From NCBI RefSeq assembly GCF_014859475.1, contig NZ_JACUUE010000001.1, positions 1-50,188 on the forward strand: a stretch of 50,188 nucleotides of DNA. Reading direction: 5' to 3'. The first letter of the stretch is position 1, and the number at the start of each line of letters is the position of its first letter. Below are positions 27,665 to 37,686 of the stretch, in pieces. Source of the stretch: Rhodoferax sp. (GTDB lineage Bacteria > Pseudomonadota > Gammaproteobacteria > Burkholderiales > Burkholderiaceae_C). The notes under the pieces were generated by a model. The model worked only from the letters and a program-made list of their open reading frames with translations. It was not told where the DNA came from and did not search any database. Position numbers and translations under genes: made by a program.

Positions 27665-29422
27665 TTAATGTTCGCCTTTGGTCTTTAACAAACCGGCCAA
27701 TCGGTTACCTTGCTTCTGTGGCCCGCCGATCGGAAAAAGTTCATGCAAATGGTGATTGTTGCCCAACTCCGGGCCCCATACTTTGGCAAAGTGCTTGATC
27801 ATGACGCGCACTTGGGCCTGCACCCGGTGTTCCTCAAAATAAGCGCGCAAATAGTGAATCACCTGCCAATGGGCATCGGTCAGTTCCAGCTGCTCTGACT
27901 CGGCCTGGGCGCGGGCAAAGTCTTCCGACCATTCGCCCAGATTCTTCAAATAGCCTTCCACGTCGGTCGTTACCAGCTGGCCTTTGACCAACAGGGTGCG
28001 AGCGGCGCCGGGCAATTGCGTTTCATTTGCTATTTTTCTCCTCCGCACAAAGTTGACAAACTGGTGTGCCCAGTCCGAGCCGGCACCCGTGCGCAGGTGC
28101 GCATAAGAGGCCAGCACGTTGCGATGGACCAAGCCGTCGCGTTCACCGTCAATGCCATGACCGCGCAACACCCGGTAGGCGAACTTGAGGTCCGACGGCA
28201 TATTTTCAAGGCTGGAATAATGAAATTCGTGGCCACGCAGGGTTTGCCCGGCGGGCTCGGTTGCCGTCAGCCACGGCGCATCGGCGGTGGTCTGCAAAGT
28301 GACATAGCCGCGGCCCACCGGGCGCTCGTGCATCAGCACATCCACCGGCAGCGCGCCCACCATGTCCACCTGTGTGTCTTTCCAGCGCAGTGTGCGGGCC
28401 AGGTACATCAGGCCGCCGCATTCGGCATAAACCGGCAGACCGGCCTCGATGGCGCTGCGGATGCTGCTACGCAAAGCGGCGTTGGCCTGCAGTTCAGGCA
28501 TGAAGACCTCGGGGAATCCGCCACCAATGAACAAGCCATCCAGGGGCGGCAACACGCTGTCCTGCAAGGCGTTCACCGGCACCAGTTCGGCACCCGCTGC
28601 TTGCAATGCCAGCAGGTCGTCGGGGTAATAAAAGCCAAACGCCTTGTCGCGCATAATGCCCAAACGCAGGGGCTGGTCGGGTTTTGCGGCCACCGCCTCG
28701 GCGGCCACTGATGTACTGACTGGTGACGCGCGCAAAGCCGATGCGCTTTTGGCCAAGTCGATGATCTGGCCCAGATCGACCTGCTCGGCAATGCGCTGAC
28801 CAATGGTCTGCACATGCTGCGTGGCATCGTCGCATTCCTGATTCGGCATCAGCCCCAGATGGCGCTCGACCAGTGCCAGTTGCGGGTCATGGGCGATGGC
28901 GCCCAACACGGTGACGTCGGTGTAATGCTCGATCACGGCGCGCAATTTGGCCTCGTGACGGCTGCCACCGAGTTGGTTCAGGATGACACCGGCAATGCGG
29001 ATATTGGCATCAAAAGCCTGGTAACCCAGAATCAGCGGCGCAATACCGCGCGTCATGCCGCGCACGTCCAGCACCAGCACCACCGGCAGGCCCAGCAGAT
29101 GTGCCAGCGCAGCATTGCTGTTGCTGCCATCCAGCGCCAGGCCGTCGTACAAGCCCTTATTGCCTTCGACGATACTGATGTCGGCGCCAGCCGCTTGGTG
29201 CGTGAAACAGCCGATGATCTGGTCAGGCGTCATCAGGTACGGATCAAGGTTGAAGCAATCGTGCCCGCTGGCCTGGCTCAGCCACATCGGGTCAATGTAG
29301 TCCGGACCTTTCTTGAATGGCTGCACCTTCAGGCCCCGCGCAGACAGGGCGGCGCACAGGCCGATCGTGACGGTGGTCTTGCCGGACGATTTATGCGCCG
29401 CCGAAACCAGTAAACGAGACAT
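27665..29422 (-). CDS. dsrN: DsrN siroheme a-amide synthase (CbiA/CobB-like) fused to a C-terminal DsrC/TusE-like domain
   Basis: SAAHKSSGKTT, KKGPDYID, VEGNKGLYDG, AECGGLMY and HEFHYS, then in frame TDVEGYL...LTDAHWQVI...LFP.GGP...LAGL. Confidence 0.88.
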   Translation of the reverse strand: MSRLLVSAAHKSSGKTTVTIGLCAALSARGLKVQPFKKGPDYIDPMWLSQASGHDCFNLDPYLMTPDQIIGCFTHQAAGADISIVEGNKGLYDGLALDGSNSNAALAHLLGLPVVLVLDVRGMTRGIAPLILGYQAFDANIRIAGVILNQLGGSRHEAKLRAVIEHYTDVTVLGAIAHDPQLALVERHLGLMPNQECDDATQHVQTIGQRIAEQVDLGQIIDLAKSASALRASPVSTSVAAEAVAAKPDQPLRLGIMRDKAFGFYYPDDLLALQAAGAELVPVNALQDSVLPPLDGLFIGGGFPEVFMPELQANAALRSSIRSAIEAGLPVYAECGGLMYLARTLRWKDTQVDMVGALPVDVLMHERPVGRGYVTLQTTADAPWLTATEPAGQTLRGHEFHYSSLENMPSDLKFAYRVLRGHGIDGERDGLVHRNVLASYAHLRTGAGSDWAHQFVNFVRRRKIANETQLPGAARTLLVKGQLVTTDVEGYLKNLGEWSEDFARAQAESEQLELTDAHWQVIHYLRAYFEEHRVQAQVRVMIKHFAKVWGPELGNNHHLHELFPIGGPQKQGNRLAGLLKTKGEH

Positions 29423-29435
29423 GCACTGCACTGCT

Positions 29436-30659
29436 TCAGGTCGTCACAGCAACTGGCTTGGCCAGACTCAGCTCGATCGCAGCATCATCGAGTCGATTCG
29501 GCAGGAAGCCGAGCAATTTGAGCCCAATCATCACGATCAGCCCGGCAATGGCCAAGCCACCAAAGCCAAGCAGCCACTCCAGCAGGGAGGGAGTGTAGGG
29601 GTTGATCACGCCGTCGTAAAAAGTACTGGTCACTTGCCGTCCGGGGAACAGCACCAATGGGAAAGCCTGAGCCCCGATGATGGTGACATACAGCTGCGCA
29701 AAAGCGCCAACGATGACCAGCGACGTCGCTGCGACGATACGTTGACGCATTTGACCGATCTTCGGGTGCAGCAGCAACAGCAACGGCACGATGCCGCCAA
29801 GCAGAACCGCACCCAACCAGAACAAGAGAGGGTAAACGCCACCATTGAACAAAATGAAATCTTCGAAAGCGTGGTGTCTGGTGAAGTAACGATTGGTCAG
29901 GTGATACACCAGCACAAAGTACAGCCCGACACCGATAAAGATCGCTTGAAGACGCGCCAGGCGAGTCATCATGGCGTCCCCTATCTGGCAATCATTACTG
30001 CGGCAGGCCTGCATCAACACCAGCACGAACACAGCCAGCCCGTAGCTCAGCGACAACGCTATGAACATGGGCGCCACCAAGGCCGAGTCGAAGGCCTGAC
30101 GGGCAACCTGAAAACCATAAATGGAACCGGTTCCAGTCGTCAAGCCAATGCGCCAGACAAAGGCAAGGGTAATCGCCAGCAGGGTGAAGCGCTGCATGCC
30201 ACGCGCCATCAGGGTCCATAGATAGAAGGCGGTAAAACCCGCAAAACCCGAATAGAGAAAAAGGTTCCAGGCCAAAACGGACTTGAAGTTGAAATTCATC
30301 ATGGCCAGATTTGCCCGGTCGGGTCGTCCCAGGTCAAACATGAGCATCAACACGCCCGCGAGCAGCATCGCGATGGCCAGCAACCCCGACAGCGGCGCCA
30401 CAGGCCGGTACTCCGCTTTGCCAAAAAACGAAGTCAGCAATGCAATGCTGAGCGCCCCGGCGGCGGACAGCAGCAGAAACACGGCAAACACATCGGGCAG
30501 ACCCCAGACAATCTGATTGTTCATACTCGTGACGATATGGCCATGGTGTTCTATGTACAACACAGTGGCCCCGAACAGCAGGATGATCGCCACCAAAAAA
30601 GCCAGCAACTGGTAATAGCCGCGCTTGGTGGCTTGTAATTCGCGCAAAACGATTTTCAT
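29436..30659 (-). CDS. dsrP: DsrP, NrfD-family membrane subunit
   Basis: NQIVWGLP, DLGRPDR and TTGTGSIYGF; multiple TM helices. Confidence 0.9.
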   Translation of the reverse strand: MKIVLRELQATKRGYYQLLAFLVAIILLFGATVLYIEHHGHIVTSMNNQIVWGLPDVFAVFLLLSAAGALSIALLTSFFGKAEYRPVAPLSGLLAIAMLLAGVLMLMFDLGRPDRANLAMMNFNFKSVLAWNLFLYSGFAGFTAFYLWTLMARGMQRFTLLAITLAFVWRIGLTTGTGSIYGFQVARQAFDSALVAPMFIALSLSYGLAVFVLVLMQACRSNDCQIGDAMMTRLARLQAIFIGVGLYFVLVYHLTNRYFTRHHAFEDFILFNGGVYPLLFWLGAVLLGGIVPLLLLLHPKIGQMRQRIVAATSLVIVGAFAQLYVTIIGAQAFPLVLFPGRQVTSTFYDGVINPYTPSLLEWLLGFGGLAIAGLIVMIGLKLLGFLPNRLDDAAIELSLAKPVAVTT

Positions 30660-30673
30660 GCGTCGTTCTTTCT

Positions 30674-31453
30674 TCAAATACCGAGGTAGCGCACACCGGT
30701 GTTCAGATTGAGGTTTTCACGAATCTGGCGGCTGGGGTAGCTGGCAACCCGCTTGGAGATTTCGCTCTCGGGATCATTGAGGTTGCCAAAGATGATCGCA
30801 CCGTGCCCCGCGTCCGCGCAGGCGCTCACACAAGCAGGTTGCTCACCCCGGTCGACCTTGTGAACACACAAGGTGCAGGCTTCTGCCGTGCCCATGCCCC
30901 GGGGTACATCCGGTTTTTGCCGGGTCAAGGGTTCATGGACAAAAGAACGGGCTTTGTAGGGGCAGGCCATGATGCAATAGCGACAGCCAATGCAGATGTG
31001 CTTGTCCACCAGCACAATGCCATCGGCGCGTTTGAATGAGGCCCCCGTCGGGCAGACATCGACACAAGGCGGCTCGGCGCAATGCTGGCACATCATCGGC
31101 AGAGACTGCGTAGCTCCAGTGTGCGTGTCCTTGATTTCAAGCTTGCGGATCCATTGTGAATCGGTGGGAAGCGTGCCGCCAGACAGGCCGTTTTCAGTGT
31201 TGCAGGCGGTGACGCAATCGGTGCAGCCACTGGCGCATTTGCCGCTGTCGATCAGCATGCCCCAGCGAACCTTGCTGCTGGCGCCTGGGCTGGCGCTACC
31301 CGCGGCCGGTGCGGCTTGGGCCACTTCGAACAGGCGAACGCCAGGCGCCAGCAAGATACCGGCCATCCCGGCTGCGGCAACGCCCAGGAAGCCACGACGA
31401 CTTGAAGGTGTTGTGGCAGGTTCAGGCAGCGGGATGTTGTGATCGTGCTTCAT
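30674..31453 (-). CDS. dsrO: DsrO, Tat-exported 4Fe-4S protein
   Basis: SRRGFL Tat motif; CQHCAEPPCVDVCP and CIGCRYCIMACP. Confidence 0.92.
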   Translation of the reverse strand: MKHDHNIPLPEPATTPSSRRGFLGVAAAGMAGILLAPGVRLFEVAQAAPAAGSASPGASSKVRWGMLIDSGKCASGCTDCVTACNTENGLSGGTLPTDSQWIRKLEIKDTHTGATQSLPMMCQHCAEPPCVDVCPTGASFKRADGIVLVDKHICIGCRYCIMACPYKARSFVHEPLTRQKPDVPRGMGTAEACTLCVHKVDRGEQPACVSACADAGHGAIIFGNLNDPESEISKRVASYPSRQIRENLNLNTGVRYLGI

Positions 31454-31911
31454 GGTTTGACCTGTTGCTGTGCCACGATGCCTGCGGGTTGGCTGGCATG
31501 ACACTGAAAGCAGTCAATTTTGACCGCTACATAGTTGTGGCAACTCTGACAAAAATTGCCTGGTTCGTCATTGACGCTTTGGCTGGTCTGGCTGGCATGA
31601 CAGGCAATGCACGCTTTCAGTGAGTACTTGCCAGTGCGTATGCCGCCGCGAAGCGTGTCATCGCGCTGATGGGTGAGAAGCTTCATGTGGTTGCGTCGCA
31701 TGAAGGCGGGTTCTTCCACACATTGACCCCCTTGGGCTTTCTCAATCATGGGTTGCAAACTTTGGCTGGCGGCAGCTGTCGTTTGCGCTGCCGCAGGTAG
31801 AGAAGCGGCCAGTAGCAGACCTACAAAGAGTGCCAGCAGGCGAATAAGACCCTGGACACTCAGGACACCGCGTGGGGAGCCACCAAAGGCGACACAGGGG
31901 GCAACCATCAT
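31450..31911 (-). CDS. dsrJ: DsrJ triheme cytochrome c
   Basis: CV...MRRNHM; CIACH, CQSCH and CFQCH; signal peptide. Exact start uncertain. Confidence 0.88.
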   Translation of the reverse strand: MMVAPCVAFGGSPRGVLSVQGLIRLLALFVGLLLAASLPAAAQTTAAASQSLQPMIEKAQGGQCVEEPAFMRRNHMKLLTHQRDDTLRGGIRTGKYSLKACIACHASQTSQSVNDEPGNFCQSCHNYVAVKIDCFQCHASQPAGIVAQQQVKP

Positions 31912-33866
31912 TCCCCCAGTCCCATCTGGATGTAACCCGTGGGGCAGACGTCGGCACAAATGTGGCAGCCAATGCACCTGCTGTAGTCGGTATCAACGTA
32001 ACGGCCGATGGTGGCCTTGGCTTTGGGCACCTTGAACACCGCCACCTGCGGGCAATAGACCACGCAGTTGTCGCACTCAAAACACTGGCCACAGCTCATG
32101 CAACGCTTGGCCTCGGCCACCGCCTGCGCTTCCAGCAGCGGTTGCAGGCGTTCCTCGAAGTTGTCCAACGCTTCTTCGGCGGTGAGCGACACGATGCCCC
32201 GCTTGTTGCGCGGCGCAAAGCCGAAATGCCCCAGGAACAGCTCTTTGTGCGAGATCACATAGCGGTCCGAGCGGTTGTCAAAATTATGGATGGCCGCGGT
32301 GCTCTTGTCGGTACCACGGGTGGGTTCATGAACCTCGGTCAGGGACAGCCCCTTTTCGATCAGCTTGCGCGTCAAGTCAAAGGTGTGCACATCGATCTTG
32401 GGGCGTTTTTCCATCGCCTCGTTTTGCAGGAAGCGGTCAATACCATCGGCGGCAATGGCGCCATGGCCAATCGCTGTGGTCAGCAAGTGAGGGCGAACCA
32501 CGTCGCCGCCGACAAAGAAACCGGGCTGACCCTGCACCTGGTAGTTCTTGTCGGAATTGATGGCACCCTTGCCGTTGTTGAATTCCTCCAGGCCAGTAAA
32601 GTCCACCGCCTGGCCGATCGCCGACACGATCAGATCGGCCGGGATGTCTTCTTCGGTGCCCTCGATGTTCTTGATGTCGAGCCGACCGCCGATGATCTTG
32701 GCTTCGCAGCGCATGATGCGCAGTGCCACGGCACGGCCGTCTTCGTCACGGATCACGGCCACTGGCGCCATGCCGCCGCGGATGGTGATGCCTTCGGACA
32801 AGGCGTGCTCAACCTCGTGTTTGGAGGCCTGCATTTTGTCGATGTCAAAAATGGTGGTCAGCGTGACCTCTGCACCGTGGCGCACCGATGCAGCGGCCAC
32901 GTCGTGGGCCACATGGCCGGCAATGGCGCGCTCGGGACGGTCCGACTCATGGACCTTTTCGATGTGACCCAGGCGACGCGCCACCGTGGCAACGTCGATC
33001 GAGGTGTCGCCGCCGCCAATCACGACCACGCGCTTGCCCACATGGCGCAGGCGGCCGTCGTTGAAGGCCTTCAGGAACGAGGTGGCGGTGACACAGTTGG
33101 GCGCGTCCGCTCCCTCGACCGGCAAGGCACGGCCCGCCTGCGCACCCAAACCCAGGAACACGGCATCGAACTGCTCACGAATCTGCGTCATGGTGATGTC
33201 GGTGCCAATGCGGCAATTCATGCGCACGTTGATCCCCAGGTCAAGGATGCGCTGAATCTCGGCGTCAAGCACATCGCGCGGCGTGCGGAAACCCGGAATA
33301 CCGTAACGCATCATGCCACCGAGCTCGGCGCGCTCGTCAAAAATGGTGACCGAATGGCCTTTGAGGGCGAGTTGGTAAGCGGTTGACAGACCGGCCGGGC
33401 CGCCGCCGATCACGGCAACCGTTTTGCCGGTGAGTTGCGCAGGCTTGTTGTAGGCCAGGTTGTTCTTGATGGCATAGTCGCCCAGAAAATGCTCGACCGA
33501 GTTGATTCCAACAAAATCCTCGAGCTGGTTGCGGTTGCAGCCTGACTCGCAGGGTGCCGGGCAAACCCGCCCCATCACAGAAGGAAACGGATTGGCTTCG
33601 GTCAAACGGCGAAACGCATACTCCTGCCAGACCATGCCGGCCGGCGGCTTCTCGATGCCGCGCACGATGTTGAGATAGCTTCGGATGTCTTCGCCAGCCG
33701 GGCAACTGCCTTGGCAGGGAGGCGTGCTCTGAATGTAGGTGGGGCATTTGTGCGAATGACCGGCATCAAAAATTTGCGTTTGCCAGCTCTTGACCTTGGC
33801 GTCGCCGTCCTTGAAGCGGCGGAAGCTCAACGTTTTGACTTCAATGGTTTCGGGGTTCGCAGACAT
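31908..33866 (-). CDS. dsrL: DsrL iron-sulfur flavoprotein (GltD-like)
   Basis: HKCPTY...PCQGSCP, GRVCPAPCESGCNR, GGGPAG, GGGDTSID and a C-terminal ferredoxin domain. Confidence 0.93.
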   Translation of the reverse strand: MSANPETIEVKTLSFRRFKDGDAKVKSWQTQIFDAGHSHKCPTYIQSTPPCQGSCPAGEDIRSYLNIVRGIEKPPAGMVWQEYAFRRLTEANPFPSVMGRVCPAPCESGCNRNQLEDFVGINSVEHFLGDYAIKNNLAYNKPAQLTGKTVAVIGGGPAGLSTAYQLALKGHSVTIFDERAELGGMMRYGIPGFRTPRDVLDAEIQRILDLGINVRMNCRIGTDITMTQIREQFDAVFLGLGAQAGRALPVEGADAPNCVTATSFLKAFNDGRLRHVGKRVVVIGGGDTSIDVATVARRLGHIEKVHESDRPERAIAGHVAHDVAAASVRHGAEVTLTTIFDIDKMQASKHEVEHALSEGITIRGGMAPVAVIRDEDGRAVALRIMRCEAKIIGGRLDIKNIEGTEEDIPADLIVSAIGQAVDFTGLEEFNNGKGAINSDKNYQVQGQPGFFVGGDVVRPHLLTTAIGHGAIAADGIDRFLQNEAMEKRPKIDVHTFDLTRKLIEKGLSLTEVHEPTRGTDKSTAAIHNFDNRSDRYVISHKELFLGHFGFAPRNKRGIVSLTAEEALDNFEERLQPLLEAQAVAEAKRCMSCGQCFECDNCVVYCPQVAVFKVPKAKATIGRYVDTDYSRCIGCHICADVCPTGYIQMGLGE

Positions 33867-33924
33867 GTCGGAGTCTCCTGGTTTTATGCTTGAAAGTGTG
33901 GATACAGAGTGTGGGACGGCAGCG

Positions 33925-35418
33925 TTATTTGTCACCCAGGCGAATCGCCTTGCTGACCAACTGGTGAACACCGCCGACCATACCCATGTTGAAGCCGTAA
34001 TACGGCAACACCTTGGTGAATTGGGATTTGCAAATGGCGCAGATCATGACCATGAAATTGACGCCATGGTCATCCACCACCTGTTTAAGGGCTTCTGATC
34101 GGGGCAGCGCGCCCTTGACCCGAAGTTCCATCAGGTCATCGGTCAGCAAGCCGCCACCGCCACCACAACAGAAAGTGCTTTCCTGGATGGTCTCGGGCGC
34201 CATGTCGTAGAAGTTATTGGCGACCGAGGTGATGATGCGCCTGGGAATGATGAACTGGCCGCCCGGGATGTTGCCCATGCGGGAACCGCGCGCCACATTG
34301 CACGAGTCATGGAAGGTGATGATGCGGCTGTCATTGGCCTCTTTGTCGAACTGCAGCGCACCGCGCTGAATCAGGTCATCGGTGAACTCGCAAATGTGCT
34401 GTGGTACCGGATAGCGCGGATCGAGGTAGTCGAACGGCCCGATCAGGGTATTCCAGAAGCTGTAAGCGACGCGCCAGGCATGGCCGCACTCGCCCACCAC
34501 AATGCGCTTGACGCCCAGTTCAAGGGCAGCCTCACGCACCCGCAGGGCAATGTTGCGCATCTGCTCGTAACTGCCAATGAACATACCAAAGTTGCCGGCT
34601 TCGGAGGCGTGCGAACTCAAGGTCCAGCTGATGCCTGCGGCATGGAATACCTTGGCGTAACCAATCATGCTTTCGATGTGAGGTTCGGCAAAAAAATCAG
34701 CTGAAGGCGTGATGAACAAAACCTCGGCCCCTTTGACATCCAGCGGGAACTTGATGTCCAGACCCGTCTCATCCTTGGTGTCTTCTTCCAACCCTTCCAG
34801 CGTATTTTTCAGTGCCGGCCCGGGCATGCCCAGGTTGTTGCCGATGGTGTGCACCTTGCCAATGATCTCGTTGGTGTATTTTTGCCCCAAGCCGATCGAG
34901 TCCATGATCTCGCGGGCAGCCATGGTCACTTCGGCGGTGTCGATGCCGTAGGGGCAAAACACCGAGCAACGACGGCACTCGGAACATTGGTAGTAATAGC
35001 TATACCACTCGTCGAGAACCTCGCGCGTCAGGTCCACCGCGCCAACCAGCTTGGGGAAATGCTTGCCGGCAAAGGTGAAGTAGCGGCGATAGACCTTGCG
35101 CATCAGATCCTGACGCGCCACCGGCATGTTTTTCGGATCGCCCGTGCCCAGAAAATAATGGCATTTGTCGGAGCATGCACCACAATGCACGCAGGCATCC
35201 ATGTACACCTGCAACGAGCGGTACTTGCCAAGCATTTCGCCCATCTTGGCAATTGCCTTGTCTTGCCAGTCGTCCACCAAGGACTCGGGAAAACCAAGAC
35301 CTTTCTGGATCGGACCGGCTGCAGGGAACGACTTGATGTGCGACATCGCCCCGACCTGCACCAGGGGAATGACCGGGTAGCTCTTGAGCTCGGGGGTTTC
35401 AAACTTAGCAGTGGCCAT
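33925..35418 (-). CDS. dsrK: DsrK (HdrD-like)
   Basis: CVHCGACSDKC, CSECRRCSVFCP, GECGHAWR, HDSCN and CCGGGGG. Confidence 0.94.
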   Translation of the reverse strand: MATAKFETPELKSYPVIPLVQVGAMSHIKSFPAAGPIQKGLGFPESLVDDWQDKAIAKMGEMLGKYRSLQVYMDACVHCGACSDKCHYFLGTGDPKNMPVARQDLMRKVYRRYFTFAGKHFPKLVGAVDLTREVLDEWYSYYYQCSECRRCSVFCPYGIDTAEVTMAAREIMDSIGLGQKYTNEIIGKVHTIGNNLGMPGPALKNTLEGLEEDTKDETGLDIKFPLDVKGAEVLFITPSADFFAEPHIESMIGYAKVFHAAGISWTLSSHASEAGNFGMFIGSYEQMRNIALRVREAALELGVKRIVVGECGHAWRVAYSFWNTLIGPFDYLDPRYPVPQHICEFTDDLIQRGALQFDKEANDSRIITFHDSCNVARGSRMGNIPGGQFIIPRRIITSVANNFYDMAPETIQESTFCCGGGGGLLTDDLMELRVKGALPRSEALKQVVDDHGVNFMVMICAICKSQFTKVLPYYGFNMGMVGGVHQLVSKAIRLGDK

Positions 35419-35427
35419 GGTGTGTGC

Positions 35428-36162
35428 TCAGGCTTTTTTGTCTAGCGCGGCTGCCCAAGCCGAAATATGGCGAACTTCGCGGGCGTTGTCAGCCTGGTTG
35501 CGCGTCGGGCTGAAAAACACCCCGGGTGCATGCAGCAGTTTGCTGATCGGGAAAATGATCATGAGCAGTGCCACCAGCGCCAGATGCACCAGCAGCACCG
35601 GGTCGGCCGGTAGCGGTTGCCAATTGAAACGCATCAGCCCCAGAATAAAAGCCTTGAGAGCAATGATGTCGGTGTGCGCCACAAAGCGCATGGTCAAACC
35701 GCTGAGCCCGATGGCCAGCAGCAGTAACAGCATCAGGTGGTCTGAAGGCGTGGAGATGTAACGCACCCGGTCCACCAGCCAGCGTCGCGCCCACAGACCA
35801 CCCAGGGCCGCGACCATGGCAAAACCCGCCATGATGCCAAACGGCTGCACCAATTGCACCGGCAGCCAGACAGGCTCCTGAAAGTAGCGCAAATGGCGCA
35901 AGGTGACCAGCAGCAGCGTCACATGGAAAAGCCAGCCAAAGATCCAGGTCCACTTGCTGGACTTGAACAGACTCTCAAAAAAGACCACCTCACGCGCCAT
36001 GCGCCAACGCACACCAGAAGCCGTGAGAGGTGCCGGTGTAGAGGGAATCTTCAGGGGAGCCGGGGATTTTGCATAGGTACGAATCTTGTTAGCGACACCC
36101 AGCACAAACACCGCAGTAGCGACATAAAACAGCAGTGCATAAATGACTGTCAAAGTGGACAT
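35428..36162 (-). CDS. dsrM: DsrM (NarI-like b-type cytochrome)
   Basis: WLFH...RHLRYF, VHL and FPISKLLHAPG. Confidence 0.92.
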   Translation of the reverse strand: MSTLTVIYALLFYVATAVFVLGVANKIRTYAKSPAPLKIPSTPAPLTASGVRWRMAREVVFFESLFKSSKWTWIFGWLFHVTLLLVTLRHLRYFQEPVWLPVQLVQPFGIMAGFAMVAALGGLWARRWLVDRVRYISTPSDHLMLLLLLAIGLSGLTMRFVAHTDIIALKAFILGLMRFNWQPLPADPVLLVHLALVALLMIIFPISKLLHAPGVFFSPTRNQADNAREVRHISAWAAALDKKA

Positions 36163-36201
36163 GGGCGAGCCTGCAAGTTCGTTAAGTGGTCAAGTCAAGA
36201 A

Positions 36202-36534
36202 TCAGATGCAACCTGTGGGCTTGGGCAGACCGGCAATCTTGCAAGCCTGTTTGGCCGGGCCGTAGGGGAACAGTTCGTACAGGTACTTGCTGTTGCCTTT
36301 TTCTTCGCCAAATTTTTTGCCGATGGCCTTGGTCAGCACACGCACAGCGGGCGCAATCTGGTACTCGTTGTAGTACTCGCGCAGAAAGTTGATCACTTCC
36401 CAGTGGTTCTCGGTAAGCGGTACTTTTTCTTCCTCGGCCAGATGCTCGGCGGCCTCGGTGGTCCATTCGGCCAGGTTCAGCAGGTAACCCTCTTCGTCGG
36501 TTTCGTAGGTTTGGCCGTTGATTTCAAAGCTCAT
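36202..36534 (-). CDS. dsrC: DsrC (both C-terminal cysteines present)
   Basis: TDEEGYL, LTENHWEVI and C-terminal ACKIAGLPKPTGCI. Confidence 0.95.
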   Translation of the reverse strand: MSFEINGQTYETDEEGYLLNLAEWTTEAAEHLAEEEKVPLTENHWEVINFLREYYNEYQIAPAVRVLTKAIGKKFGEEKGNSKYLYELFPYGPAKQACKIAGLPKPTGCI

Positions 36535-36575
36535 AGTGTTCTCCAGTTAAAAATAATTGATTTGCCAGGATCGGC

Positions 36576-36875
36576 TCAAAGCCACGATTGCGAGGTGGGG
36601 TATTGCTCGACCAGATCGACAAAGCCGGTGTAGTCCACCGGCGTGATGCCGTCCTGCAGCTTGGCCGTCATGCCGCGGGCATCGAGGTCGGGCTGCAGCA
36701 CAAACAGGCTGACTTTGGTGGCGGCTTGACGCATGCGCTCAGTCATGGCGCTGCCCTGCGTGGCGGCGTAAACGCCGTCTTCGATCAGCAGCACGGCATG
36801 ACCGGCTTGCGCCATGCGCAGGCAGGTGTCGAGCGCGTTGGTGTCGAAAGGGGATTTGTTGATGATGTGCAGCAT
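36576..36875 (-). CDS. dsrH: DsrH
   Basis: MLHIINKSP, LLIEDGVY, DLDARG and VDYTGFVDL. Confidence 0.93.
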   Translation of the reverse strand: MLHIINKSPFDTNALDTCLRMAQAGHAVLLIEDGVYAATQGSAMTERMRQAATKVSLFVLQPDLDARGMTAKLQDGITPVDYTGFVDLVEQYPTSQSWL

Positions 36876-36890
36876 GGTTCTTGCCTTTTC

Positions 36891-37286
36891 TTAAAAACTC
36901 AGGATCACGTCCTGTTGCGCCATCAGTTCACCCATTTGCTGGTCATCGAGCACCTCGACCGGTACCAGCAGATCGGCCTCGGACAAGCCGCGTTGATCGA
37001 GCGATGCCTGATCAACGTACAGCTTCTCGATGTCATAGCCTTCGAGTGCGCGGTAGCTCGGTGAAAAGTTCTTGATGCCGATACCCTTGGTCTGCTGGCC
37101 CTTGACCAGTTCATAGACGCCATCGTCCATGAACACCAGACTCACGTCCTGGTCAAAGGTGGCGGTGATCAAGACCACCTCCAGGCTCTCCAGGGCGTAG
37201 ATGGTGCCGTAGGGCGCTTTGCGGTTGACAAACATGAATTTCTTCACCTTGGGGCCGCTGACTGCCGTTGTTGCTTGTTCACTCAT
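36891..37286 (-). CDS. dsrF: DsrF
   Basis: KFMFVNRKAPYGTIYALESLE and FMDDGVY. Confidence 0.93.
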   Translation of the reverse strand: MSEQATTAVSGPKVKKFMFVNRKAPYGTIYALESLEVVLITATFDQDVSLVFMDDGVYELVKGQQTKGIGIKNFSPSYRALEGYDIEKLYVDQASLDQRGLSEADLLVPVEVLDDQQMGELMAQQDVILSF

Positions 37287-37309
37287 GGTGTATTTTTCTC
37301 TTTGCTGGA

Positions 37310-37669
37310 TTAATCGCCAAACGTGACCAGGCGATCCGCCTTGATGCCACTGTCCACCAGTTGTCCCAGGCCCGAAATACGGAAGCCGGGGGCCAGCACT
37401 TCGTCCTTGATGCCGCGGCGCAAGGCAGCGGCGACGCACACCACCAAGTCGACCTTGTGCTCGGCCGCCAGCGCTGACCAGCGGTTCACAATGTGGCGGT
37501 CGTCCTGCGGCGGCTCGGTGAGCCGGGTCGCGTTGTTGACGCCATCATGGTAAAAAAATACACGCTGAATCGTGTGGCCCTTGGCCAAGGCAGCCACCAC
37601 GAACTGGTAAGCGCTGTCGGACGCTTGGTGCGTGTAGGGGCCTTCGTTCACGAGGATGCCGAATTTCAT
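37310..37669 (-). CDS. dsrE: DsrE
   Basis: EGPYTHQASDSAYQF, FFYHDGV and CVAAALRRG. Confidence 0.94.
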   Translation of the reverse strand: MKFGILVNEGPYTHQASDSAYQFVVAALAKGHTIQRVFFYHDGVNNATRLTEPPQDDRHIVNRWSALAAEHKVDLVVCVAAALRRGIKDEVLAPGFRISGLGQLVDSGIKADRLVTFGD

Positions 37670-37686
37670 TCTCTTTCCTCAACTGT

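Noticed and set aside
26483-29422. Cobalamin biosynthesis genes (cobA, cbiA)
   Set aside because: Their position at the end of the dsr operon points to siroheme/siroamide synthesis, and no other cob genes are present.
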